The notes under the pieces were generated by a model. The model searched no databases, had not been told where the DNA came from, and saw only the letters and a list, made by a program, of their open reading frames with translations. A stretch of 64,000 nucleotides of DNA, taken from contig NC_043002.1 of NCBI RefSeq assembly GCF_006345805.1, positions 43,524,001-43,588,000 on the forward strand, in the 5' to 3' direction. Source of the stretch: Octopus sinensis (Eukaryota). Shown piece after piece: positions 12,420 through 24,460 of this stretch (within the stretch, counting starts at the first letter, position 1; each line of letters starts with the position of its first letter). The position numbers and the translations under genes are program-made.

Positions 12420-14490
12420 GTGGGTCTTGTATTAGCATGAATATATATATTAGACAAAATGAGATAACAAAGCCAATGCTGTAAGGGGTTTTCAGTACAT
12501 TTGTAAGGAATAAGATAAAGTTATAGTCTTACTGCTGTTTCTGGTATATTATGGAAATCATTTCATCAGAGACGATGTGAGATGGTTAAATAGAAGCAAA
12601 TATTTGAGTTCGAAATAAGGAATTATTATGGAAACGGAGAAGATAGGGAATACAGAAAGAAATAAGAGAATGAAAGTAGAAATAAAATATAAAGTATATA
12701 AAGATATTTTAGTTGCAGTTCCATTATTCGAGGAAAGTGGTGCATAGAAGTGGCAAAAAAGTTTCCAGTACATGATATATAAGTTCCAATAGTAGTTCAT
12801 GTTTAATCATTTCAGAGAATGGAGTCGTGGATTCTGCATTGTTCATTCGAAATGGTCTTGTGGTGTTAATGAAAATTTGAGAATCTATTGGTAGTATTTG
12901 TGGATAGAGGGGAGGGAGAGAGATGTGTATGATTAGAGTGAGGAGATAGGTCAAAATGAAAACAGGAAGAGAAAATGAAAGGAAAAAGAGAGAGAGAGAG
13001 AGAGAAAAGAACAGAGGAAAATGTGGAAAGAGTGAAGAAAAGCGAAGAAAGTGTGAAAGAAGTGAGAAAACGAGTGTTAGCTGGTGGTCAAGATAATGTG
13101 AGGGGAGGACGGAAGAGAAGCAGGGAGGGATTGGAAGAGATGGGTAGATAAGGAATGAATAAGTGTGAGATATGTGAGTAGGGGTAATATGACAGAGCTG
13201 CATTAAGGGATGGGTAGAGAAAATGTATGGGTGGGGTTTTAGTAGTAAAATTTAAAGTGGAGGGGTGTCAAATTTCTATAAACGTATGTAATCGTACAGG
13301 TTAGTGTGATAGTTAGGAATCAGAGAGGAGAAAAGGAGATATAATGACTTACGTACGCACACACACACGTACAAATACATGTGCGCATATGTATACATAC
13401 ACATACGCATCCGTAAATGTATTTATACATGCATATGTGTGCGCATACGTATACATATATACACATGCACACACTCACTCATATATATTTGTACATACAT
13501 AAGCACGTGCATATACATACACCCCCACCCCCATATATATATATATATATACATATATATATACACACACACACATACATATACCCATATACATATACAT
13601 ACACAAATGTGCAATCTCACACATTTGCACATACACATGTATCCGCTTGCATGTCCCTGTATGTAGTATTAAATGATTGAGATCTTTAAAGTAAGATAGA
13701 AAATTAGGATGGAGATAAAGGAATGTTAAGTAAGGTTGTTGGGGATTACCTAAGGGGTGTTGTGGACACATGCTGTGTGGTTATTTAGGTTGCATTTAGA
13801 TTTGTGGTAAAATTTGAAGGTATGAAAAAGGCGGTGGTTGCATGTATTTATTTAGTAGTGTCGAGGAGTTGTGTTTTGATATGTGGAATGCCTCCTTTAG
13901 GCATAGCTTAAAAGCTAAGCATTGATCTTGGTATGGAAGCCCTGAATCTATTATGGACCATGACAAAATGTAGGGAATATTTCTATTTTTGCGATGATGT
14001 ATGTGACTAGCGAGTGTTGTGGAACTGCTGTGTTCCTCGTATCTAAAAGATCAGCGGGATGTCACTATCTAAAAATTATAGTTGACTCTCTCTATATAGC
14101 TGTAGAATTGTGGAATGTGTTGAGGGCGGTACATTTATAAATTACATAAGATCTTCTACAATGGGTTTGTAGAGGGCAGATAGACCCAGGACGGTAGTTA
14201 AAAGTGGATGTATTTTGCAGATTGTTTTCAGGAATAAGAAGGTAAAACTGTCAGAAGAGACGTTAGAGATGGGGGGGGGGAGTAGAAATGCCTAAGTTAT
14301 TAGTATTCTTATTACTAATATCGTTATTATTGCTATCGCTGTTGTTAACTGTTCTATCTATAATGGCTCCATTCTTTGAAATGACTAACAGGAAACTTTT
14401 ACCACTTCTATACACCACTTTCCTCGAATAATGGAACTGCAACTATAATATCTTTATATATTTTATATTTTATTTCTACTTTCATTCATT
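12420..14490 (-). mobile_element. Degenerate Penelope-like element (Naiad-like GIY-YIG) with inverted segment
   Basis: Minus-strand 13840-14200 reads ICPLQTHC..VIYKC../FRYEEHSSSTTLASHIH..IPYILSWSIIDSGLPY..C..KLCLKE..I..LLNK, matching the CPL-x-x-x-C / WSII..PY..CxLC.E..LLN pattern of Naiad-type PLE endonucleases. 12668-12766 and 14391-14487 are inverted repeats. HHR at 12526. Confidence 0.7.
12526..12573 (-). ncRNA. Slightly degenerate type I HHR at the 3' end of the Naiad-like PLE
   Basis: Minus strand: gtct-CTGATGA-aatgat..atacca-GAAA-cagcag-TA-agac. Stem I is 4 bp; stem III is one change from the palindrome ACAGCTGT. Confidence 0.6.
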
Positions 14491-14499
14491 ACACACATA

Positions 14500-15000
14500 C
14501 TACAACAAAACACACACACGAGACATATACACGCACACACACACACCTCCCTGTTTCTGACCTGCCTTCCTGACTCGCTAGGGTACCCCCACACCACTTC
14601 TTTAATTCTACTGCTGCTTGCCACTAGCCATTGTCCACCATACACACACATACACACACATACACACACACGCACACACTCACACACACACCCTTCTCAT
14701 CTCGCACACCTTTGTTTACCATTCCTTCTTTGATTCAGCTCTCCTGTTTTTGAAAACATGTTCCTCCTTTTTTACCACTTCCGTCTTTTCAGTATGTGAC
14801 CTCGTGAAGACCACTTGCAATTTTTTTTTTCTGTCCTCCCACCTCGGGATCTTTCTTTCTCCTATGTTTCCGACGAAGAGCTCTGCTCGAAACGTCATAC
14901 CCTCCTTCTTCCCTTCTTTCCTGAGCGTCCAATAATACTTTATTTGTTCCACATCCTCGCGTTGTTGTCTTTTTGTTTTCTTGTTTGGATTAACTTTATA
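14500..15000 (+). mobile_element. pLTR-like non-coding repeat with degenerate HHR
   Basis: CCGACGA-A-GAGC tct GCTC-GAAA-CGTC at 14870-14896 (U4->C). The tail 14899-15000 recurs inverted at ~17337-17445. Confidence 0.55.
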
Positions 15001-15009
15001 TATACATAC

Positions 15010-15153
<144 letters not shown>

Positions 15154-15169
15154 ATGTATGTATATATGT

Positions 15170-15310
15170 AGGTCCCGGGTTGAGTCGAGGTTAACCACAG
15201 TAAATAAGGTACTCAATACATAGCAGAGTAAATTAATTTATTTTATAGAAGGAGCTTCTACAGGACTAGAACTGTTTCATTCCTGTAGAAGCTCCTTCTA
15301 TAAAATAAAT
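15170..15310 (-). mobile_element. Short PLE-like fragment with perfect 30-bp hairpin
   Basis: 15236-15265 and 15281-15310 are perfect inverted repeats (15-nt loop). The minus strand contains the 3' half of an HHR, GAAA-CAG ttctagtc CTG-TA-gaagct. Lies between (TA)n tracts. Confidence 0.55.
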
Positions 15311-15311
15311 A

Positions 15312-15366
<55 letters not shown>

Positions 15367-15543
15367 TATAGATATAGATATATATATATTATATATATAT
15401 GTAGATATATATATGTATTTGGTGGTACTGGTAAGGGCTTACGCTCGCTCTGATGCCACGAGTTGAGGTGATGTCTTCTAGTGCCTTCAAATTTAATACA
15501 CAATTATTAATAATTGAGACGCAATTATTTATAATTGAAGAGT

Positions 15544-15634
15544 CCTACGCTGAGGAGGAAAATAGTCAGGTAAGACATAATCATTTAATTTTTATGCTCT
15601 GCAATGACTTAATTCCGAAACGTACGTCCGTAGG
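15544..15634 (+). ncRNA. Type I HHR with long stem II
   Basis: cctacg-CTGAGGA-GGAA..AGTCA..CATAA..TTATG..TGACT..TTCC-GAAA-CGTACG-TC-cgtagg: perfect 6-bp stem I, palindromic stem III ACGTACGT, canonical GUC site. Confidence 0.82.
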
Positions 15635-15816
15635 TGATTTAATATAGAATGATTTTCGTCATTTCTTTCTCTTTTGCCTGCGTCGTTTGCTTTTTAAGTG
15701 CTTTGGTTTTACTGGGATCTCCCTTTTAAGTAGAAAGAATACCCAAAACTTTTTGACTGCTATTTCTAAATTCGGTGTGTGGTGAGGCAAATCGTTGCTA
15801 AACCCTTAATTATTTA

Positions 15817-15838
15817 GTATATATATAATATATATATA

Positions 15839-15869
<31 letters not shown>

Positions 15870-15885
15870 AATGTATATATATATT

Positions 15886-15928
<43 letters not shown>

Positions 15929-16067
15929 ACATATATATATGTATATATATGTGTACATATGTATATATATATGTGTATATATATGCATGTATATATGTAT
16001 ATATATATATGCATATATGTATATATATACATATATATACATACATACATATATATATATATATACA

Positions 16068-16098
<31 letters not shown>

Positions 16099-16127
16099 GT
16101 ATATATATATATGCATATATGTATATA

Positions 16128-16202
<75 letters not shown>

Positions 16203-16204
16203 AT
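15817..16204. repeat. (TA)n/(TACA)n compound microsatellite
   Basis: Direct inspection. Confidence 0.97.
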
Positions 16205-16208
16205 GAAT

Positions 16209-16505
16209 TATAGCCTCTGCCCGACCAAAGCCTTGTGAGTCGATTTTGTACACGGAAACGGAAACAAAAATGTTGTATATATGTATATATTTGTGTGATT
16301 GTCTCTGTGTTTGTGTTCCAAACATCGCTTGACAGCCGATGTTGGTGTATTTACGTCACCGTGTCTTAGTGGTTCGGCAAAAGATACTGATGGAATAAGT
16401 ACAATGGCTTACAAAGAATAAATCCTGGGATCTCTTTGTTCGATTAAAGGCGGTGCTCCAGCACAGCCGCAGTTATATGACTGAAAGAAGTCAAAGAATA
16501 AAAAA
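16209..16505 (+). mobile_element. SINE family B, 5'-truncated
   Basis: cccgaccaaagccttgtgagt..acggaaac..; tail aaaggcggtgctccagcac.gccgcagtt.tatgactgaaag. Confidence 0.8.
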
Positions 16506-16874
16506 ATTATGCCATTTAAATCACGAACAACGCCGGGTATTTCTACTAATATAGTAGAATAGTGTGTCTATAGCCAGCTGGAGGAGATATCTTCCTGGGG
16601 CTACAAACTACAGTAGCATCCACCCTTATGGGTTAGCCATATTCAAATGGCAAATATGCATCACGATGATAAATCTCAGAGCGAGTTATAAACAGTAGCG
16701 GTAACACATCGTGACGCATATTTGCCATTTGAATATGGCTAACCCATAAGGGTGGATGCTACTGTAGTTTGTAGCCCCAGGAAGATATCTCCTCCAGCTG
16801 GCTATAGACACACTATCTGTGTCCTCTCAGTATTTGTGAAGGGGAGTCATCCTCCCCGTCTTCAACACATGATA

Positions 16875-16919
16875 CACACGTACCCGAGTTTCAAGGTGTT
16901 TACCTTTCATCAGCGTGTG
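16875..16919 (-). ncRNA. Intact type I hammerhead ribozyme (minus-strand copy)
   Basis: Exact reverse complement of 17119-17163. Confidence 0.88.
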
Positions 16920-17118
16920 ACAATCATGGTTGTCGACGAGAAGTCAGATCCCTTCACAAATACATTTACTTTTTCCAGTGTCGATTGACACTGATATTGA
17001 AAAAGTGAAATCAAACAATGATAAATCTCAGAGCGAGTTATAAACAGTAGCGGTAACACATCGTGACGCATATTTGCCATTTGAAGGGATCTGACTTCTC
17101 GTCGACAACCATGATTGT

Positions 17119-17163
17119 CACACGCTGATGAAAGGTAAACACCTTGAAACTCGGGTACGTGTG
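17119..17163 (+). ncRNA. Intact type I hammerhead ribozyme
   Basis: cacacg-CTGATGA-AAGGT aaac ACCTT-GAAA-CTCGGG-TA-cgtgtg; stem I extends via catga/tcatg; cleavage triplet GUA. Confidence 0.88.
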
Positions 17164-17336
17164 TATCATGTGTTGAAGACGGGGAGGATGACTCCCCTTC
17201 ACAAATACTGAGAGGACACAGATAGTGTGTCTATAGCCAGCTGGAGGAGATATCTTCCTGGGGCTACAAACTACAGTAGCATCCACCCTTATGGGTTAGC
17301 CATATTCAAATGGCAAATATCCGTCACGATATATAT

Positions 17337-17445
17337 ATATAAAGTTTATCCAAACAAGAAAGCACAAAAAAACACAACAACGCGAGGACGTGGAACAAAT
17401 ATAGTATTATTGGACGCTCAGGAAAGAAGGAAAGAAGGAGGGTTT
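17337..17445 (-). repeat. Short copy of the pLTR-like tail seen at 14899-15000
   Basis: Reverse complement accctccttctttccttctttcctgagcgtccaataatact.tatttgttccac.tcctcgcgttgttgt matches 14899-15000. Confidence 0.75.
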
Positions 17446-17618
17446 ATATATATATATATATATATATATCCTGCGGCTTAAAACAACTAGTCATTGCATT
17501 CATTTTATTATATTCCTTTTCCGTATACAAAAGACATTCATTCTTGTCGGGGGAAGAAAAAAAATTGCGTAGCTATTTTGTGTACTAAATCTTTTCTTTT
17601 GTGTGTTTTTTTTTTCAG

Positions 17619-17742
17619 AGATTTGCCTCTCTCCATCATAATTGGCATTCCTCTCACCACTGTTTGTTATGTTCTCACCAATATTGGATACTTCAGTGTT
17701 ATGTCTAAAGAGGAAATCAATGCATCTCATGCAGTGGCTGTC
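17619..17742 (+). CDS. SLC7A9: Internal exon (124 bp) of SLC7A9-like amino-acid transporter
   Basis: Poly-T acceptor ...tttttcAG, donor GTatgt. Encodes (R)[41 protein letters not shown], closely resembling the SLC7A9 segment RNLPLAIIIGIPLVT..Y...N.SYF.VM.....L.S.AVAV. Phase is compatible with both neighbouring exons. Confidence 0.92.
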
Positions 17743-18091
17743 GTATGTACCATTTATTTTTCTCGCTTTAATTGATTTTTAATTTTCTACTTGTTCATTT
17801 TCAACAATTCTACATACTTTTGTTTATTAATGTTTATATGCTTTTGTTCTTTTTAATTCCTGTAATTTTGATGTAACGATGCTGGAATATCGTATTTAAG
17901 GGTTTTAGTCGAATATATTGATCACAATATTTTACCTGGTACTTATTTCTTTGCTCTCTTAATGTAAGCTGAGCATTGGTGTAAATATTAATAAATTGGT
18001 TGCACAGAGATACTACGGAGTGTTTCTGTTCAAATGTACTGGTTTTATTCAGCCCATGATCGATGATACACTAATATACTAATACGCACAT

Positions 18092-18146
<55 letters not shown>

Positions 18147-19349
18147 TCTTACTCAATATATTCAAAGTCAGCGGAAAATTAAGAAGAGAGAGTTAATCAT
18201 GCTTAATCCCCTCCCTATAAATGAGATGTCTCAACGAACGCAGTCAGAAATTTTCTATTCCTTGCAGAATACCACTTCCCATCAGATTGCAAATATCATA
18301 AGCTTTTTAATGCAAACAACGTTAAGTTTAACTATTCGTGCCTTGACAACATCGCTTGCATCCTATTCTACAAGCGAAAACATACAACTCAATATCTATC
18401 AACAACAGCCAACTCAGTCATCTTATTCGCCCAGAGGATCCTACCTCTCTAAATGAGTGACATAACAAGCATCGTGTATATTTATTTTTGCGGGTATGTA
18501 TTACACAGCTTATGAAGTAAGTAGTAGTAACAAAATAGTTTTCCCTCGATCGTTCATATTAATTTACACATACAAATGGTGGATTGCACAATCGTTAGAT
18601 AAAATACCTTATAGTATTTAGTTCTACATTATAACTGGCATACAAATCGAAATTCTGATACCAAACTGTGCAACCAAAAACGGTAAGTCGACTTATACAC
18701 CAAGACAACTTCGGAGGACCAAAATTTCCGTATGAAATGCAGCAGGGTTTGGAAAGAGAGTGACGATGTTTGGATGCTTATGTCACTTGTTTACACTATA
18801 TACTACGTGGACTCGTATGCCGGAAAATATGGTGAACGAACATGAGTGAAAAAGGCTTCAAAATTTCTTTGTATTTAGTAATAATAAATTAGCCTAATTT
18901 AGAAGAGAACAGTTGGGCGAATGATGATGATGGTGGTGATGATGATGCTTATGATGGGAATGAATTGGCGTCTTCAGATTCCTATATCCCATTGTATTTA
19001 CGATTTATCGTCAATCTAGTTTCTTCTCCAGACTCTCTATCCCGCTTTTTCCCATCTACCTCCTCTTTTTTACTCTCGCTTTCTCTCTCTTTCTCTCTCC
19101 CTCTCTTTCTCTCTTCCTCTCTTTATCTCTTTCTTTCTCCCTCTCTTTCTCTCTCTTACTCTCGCGAGCAGATGTAGAGTTTCTAGCGTATGTATTGAAT
19201 ATTTTTTCTCACGACATTCCACTCAAATTTGTATATATATGTATATACATGCATGCGTACTTGTGTGTGTATACATACATATATATATATATATATATGT
19301 GTGTGTGTATATATATATGTGTGTGTGTATATGTATATATATATATACG

Positions 19350-19413
<64 letters not shown>

Positions 19414-19622
19414 AAACGGAGTCTGGATAGATTCCTTCAAAGAATACCAGATAAGCCACCCATAATTGGATACAGCTCACCCAACAAGAACTCACTACTT
19501 GAATGGACCATAAACAAAACTTGACTTAAACAGGATTCGAATAATCCTATCAGGTGGTGCTATTAAGTTAGACATGGCCTGGACCAATCTTTGGTCGAAA
19601 CATATCTAAGTTTTATCTAAGT
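19414..19622 (+). mobile_element. 3' end of a CR1-group LINE
   Basis: [28 protein letters not shown] is a CR1-group ORF2 C-terminus like that at 26300-26400. Tail ggtggtgc..catggcc..gaaac followed by short repeats. Confidence 0.7.
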
Positions 19623-19884
19623 TTTATATATATATATATATATATATACACGTGTGGTGGTGAGACTAATTGGAAAGAACAAAAAAAAAGACCTGATATA
19701 AAAATTCAGATATTCACAAAAAAGAACTTGAGTGATTGTAGTATTGTAGTAATGTCGTAGATAAAATAGATAGGTCCTGGAAGCGTGTAGACAAGTTAAA
19801 CGGCTATATATATACGACAACCGGTCTACTAGCTGATTAAAGAATCTTTCTTTCTTTTTCCCTCTCACACCTTTCTTCTCTATT

Positions 19885-19962
<78 letters not shown>

Positions 19963-20419
19963 CTCCTCTCTCTTCTCCTCTCTTCTCCTCTCTCTCTCTC
20001 TCTCTCTCTCTCCCTATCCATCCATCTATTTATCTGTCTCTGTCTGTCTTGCTTTTGCACCCACTTTCTCAATCCATTAATGCTTTCTACTACTGACACA
20101 AAATCTGAAATTTTGTGAGTGGGACTACGCGATCATATATATCTACCTCAGTACCCAATCGGTACTTAATTTATAGACCCCGAAAGAAAGAGTAGAAAAG
20201 TCGACCTCGGTAGAATTTGAACATATTTATGTGTCCTTTCTCAGTGTGTAAGTTGTTCTAATTATTTAAATTTGAATCAACCGGATATCATCAGTTTTCC
20301 CACGACACAAGTTTTGTTGATGTATGAAAGCCTAAGTTTGATTTCCAAAGAAATGTGAACCTTTGCGTATGTACTCTCTGAATGACAAGTAAAATGTACA
20401 TTATGAGAGTGTGCGATGT

Positions 20420-20420
20420 C

Positions 20421-20511
<91 letters not shown>

Positions 20512-20759
20512 GACTATTACTACTACTACTACTACTGCTGCTACTGCTGCTGCTCTTTTTGTTGTATAACTCCAGATCGAACTTCATTGATCTACTCAAT
20601 AACAATAATAATAATAAAAGAAAATACTCCAGCTGTGGCCAACACGACGTCTTAGTAGCTGCTGCTGCTGCTGCTGTTGCTGTTTCAGCTGTTTCAATTA
20701 CAAATACTACTACTGCTGCAGTCCCACCACTATTACGACAACTACTACTACTACTGCTG

Positions 20760-20810
<51 letters not shown>
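20420..20810. repeat. (CTA)n/(CTG)n trinucleotide tracts
   Basis: Direct inspection; generates the poly-L, poly-Y and poly-S ORFs. Confidence 0.95.
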
Positions 20811-22500
20811 TATCTAATATCAAAAACGAAAGGCTGTGATTTGAAGACGGTATATTTGATGCCTACGATGACAAACGAAGGCGTACAATTTCCATCTCAC
20901 TGTCTTTCGCGCTCCCAATCTCCAGAAATTATATTTAGTTATTTGGGTGGTTGAGTAGCAAAAGGGTGTGAGATACAGCATTGATTTAGACATGCACTCC
21001 CAACTGCTGAATCCGAGTTCTGGTTTCAATACCCGGTTGAAATTGATATACTTGACACGTGCGTTATATACCATCAAGAAAAAGTATAACCTACATACAA
21101 TTTCACCTACTTTATTAACAGCAGTGGAGCTTTATGGCCAATTAAAAAAAAAAAATCATTATATATCTTTTGTAACTAGAGTTGAGGGTCGAATGATATG
21201 TGTGCGCTTGTTTATCTATCTTTCTGTCTGTCTATCTATCTATCTATCTACGTATTTCTATGTTTGCTTCAAAACCCTAGCGTTTCGGAAATTGTGATTT
21301 AGATATTGGGCGAATGATGAGGATTATGATGATGGTGGTGGTGGTGATGGTGATGATGATGATGATGATGAGAATGAATTGGCGTCTTTGCTAATATGAC
21401 ACTGTGAAACAGAATTTTTGGCGTTGGATAGCAACTGTTATTTTCTATTTGCTTATGCCTAGAAAGTACGAGAAATTGTTAATATTTCCTTTAAACTTAG
21501 CTTTTCTTACATTTATTCAAACCTCAAAGAATCTCTCTCAACACATGGCTATGATGCTACCTTCTACTCCTGCTCATGATCAGAGATGCACACATTGTCA
21601 GCTACTAAGGAACACGCTCAAGTGGGTATGTTCAAGCAACCGACAAACAAATCTGTGATACTGAGCAGAATTTTTGCTATAACGATATTTCTGCTTCAGT
21701 AACTCAGCGCTGAATCTATCTGAATGTAATGGAAAATACGTCAGTTACAAAACATTGATGACCACATAACAAAAGCAAAGTGTGAAGGGAATAGTAGTCA
21801 TTTCTTTTGACTTCTAGAAAGAAGCAAAACTTAGTAACCAAAGACAAAAAACAATGAGAGGTTGTTACACAGTGTAACAAACTTTCTGGCCTTGTGTCAA
21901 AACTTGCAACAAATGCTATCATCATGTATGTGCGTATTTACGCAATGTATGCATGTATGAATGCATATATATATATATATATATATATCTTGATAGTTTC
22001 ATGACTATACCCACTATGATTTCTGTCGACTCCCTCAGTCCCTTTCGTAACAGACACTGCTCCTTGGCCTTAGATTTTGATATACAAAGATTTGATAAAC
22101 AAGACTATAAATTAAATCTGACCCCCGAAAACAGTGACAAGCTAGATCTGTAACAAATCTTTTTTCCTGATAACTTAGTAGTTTCTAAGCTGAAGGGAAG
22201 ACAGCATGATCTTTGTCTATCTCCTTACCTTCTTGGAGGTTTTAGGTAAAATTATACTAATGTGCCCATCTGTTTTAATTTAATTTAATTCTATGTATCT
22301 ATGCAACTGAGGATTGCTCTGCATTTAAATTGATGTAACAGTTGCATTGTTCAATTAAATAGAGTCGCTTTAAACGATCGTACTGCATTACTTCTGGATA
22401 TCCTGTTGCTTATTTTGATTTTAATCACCTTACTTTGAAACTGTATGGATAATACCACAGTAAATTCTTGTGCCTCAACTTAAGTACCTAATTCATTTGA

Positions 22501-22540
<40 letters not shown>

Positions 22541-22562
22541 AGAGAGAGAGAGAGAGAAATAC

Positions 22563-22613
<51 letters not shown>

Positions 22614-23565
22614 TACATACGCATACACACACATACATACACATACACATACATACATATACATGTATATACGAACCCTGCATCCTTCTGTTGGCGTTGA
22701 GGTGTCGGTCCAAGGCCGATCTCACCGCCAAAACTTGGGGTGCAGAGCCCATTCTCAGCGCCTCAGTTGTCTTGCTTCTGACTAGTGTTTGAAGCTAGTC
22801 CTATTTTTATCGGAGGTTCACGGCTCAAATTAGTATGTTTTAAATAGGATTTGATTGGTAGAGGATTGTCACATGACTGGTCTTAGAAATTTTCGTAGGT
22901 TCCCCGCTACGTCCGTGTGTTAGTGTCACGTGGCAATATTTGGCGTCGTAAGTTAAGACTGACACGGTTGACTGAACAAGTCCAGACAATGTTCTGAATG
23001 TTTTCTGTCAAGTGTTTGTAGAGAATGAACACATGATTAAGTTTATAACCTATTGTACGTTTCCCGCTACGTCCGTGCGTTAGTGTCACGTGACAGTATA
23101 TTTTGCGCCTAAAAAGAAGGCCGATACCGTTGAGTGAGTATGTTTAGCTATAACCAAAGCACTCCAAATTTAATCTGTCTGGTGGGAGAGTGGAAAGGAG
23201 TTGTTTTCATGACGAATTCCAACCACACTTCGTGGTTCAATACCTCGACAGCTCCTTTATAGGATCTAGTGGCTAAAGCATCATCAGGTCGTTCCTCCTG
23301 ATGAAGACTTTAGCCACATAATCTGTCTGGTAGGAGAGTGGACAGGAGTCGTTTGCATATAGTCCAGTGGCTAAAAGTTTAGGTTTGTTACCTGTGTAGG
23401 TTCCTCATGATAAGTGGCAGAATGGGTTTTATGTGTGGATAGTTCTTTGTGTATGTACTCTGTTAAAGTTTGCCTTCGTTCGTACAGATTAAATTTGGAG
23501 AAACCGATTAAAGCTTTAAATATTTTAATAAAAAATATTCTAACAGTTCAACTTTTATTTTCCCC

Positions 23566-23795
<230 letters not shown>

Positions 23796-23937
23796 ACAGC
23801 TGTGTATTATGCAACAGAATGCGCTAATCCTTGGCAAGATCAAGTGTCATACAAGTGCCTCACATTGCATCATCAATGACTCATTTCAATGATTCTTTCT
23901 AGCATGGGTTTGCTTGTATGAAAGAAAGCAGCTACTG

Positions 23938-23970
<33 letters not shown>

Positions 23971-24239
23971 ATATATATAATGCATGTGTAACATGAATAT
24001 ATAAATATATGTGCGTGTATGTATGTATTGTGTGTGTGTGTGAATGTTAATCTGTGATTATTTTCCTGTAATAGTATATTGATTGTCTGTGGAGCTCGTG
24101 TGGGAGTGTACGAATAAGTTGAAGAAAATAACCTTAGAATTCTTATTAATATGCATTTGTGCACGCCCTTATACACACACACACATACGTACGTACATAC
24201 ATACATACATACATACATACATACATACATACATACATG

Positions 24240-24460
24240 TGCGGGTGTGCTGAAAATTTCCTGGCATTGGGTAAAAAAAAAATACAAGAGAATTAGTTTA
24301 TTACGAATTTATTGAACATATTCCTCTATCCTACTCACACACTTATTGCAGTGGTTCATTAGTTTTTATATATTAGTCTTGTAAAGGACCTCAGAAGGTT
24401 GGGCCTGCAGCCAGGCCTTTCACGACACCCTTACAGCAAATAACTTTTCAGCACCCCTCA
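24240..24460. mobile_element. Mariner-type MITE
   Basis: Imperfect TIRs tgcgggtgtgctgaaaatttc and aacttttcagcacccctca; no coding capacity. Confidence 0.55.

Larger units (their letters stand above)
16559..17330. mobile_element. Retrozyme-like non-coding element: 352-nt monomer, partial tandem plus two inverted partial copies
   Basis: 68-bp direct repeat 16666-16733 = 17018-17085 (period 352). Inverted arms 16559-16668/16707-16816 and 16708-16956/17082-17330, about one mismatch each. Two identical HHRs. Confidence 0.85.

Noticed and set aside
16752-17286. Duplicated 78/82-aa ORFs (MDATVVCSPRK...)
   Set aside because: They arise from the inverted duplication of a structured non-coding element; no recognisable protein motif.
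18913-18974. C/D box snoRNA (ATGATGA box C)
   Set aside because: The ATGATGA is part of a (GAT)n tract; no box D (CTGA) or terminal stem.
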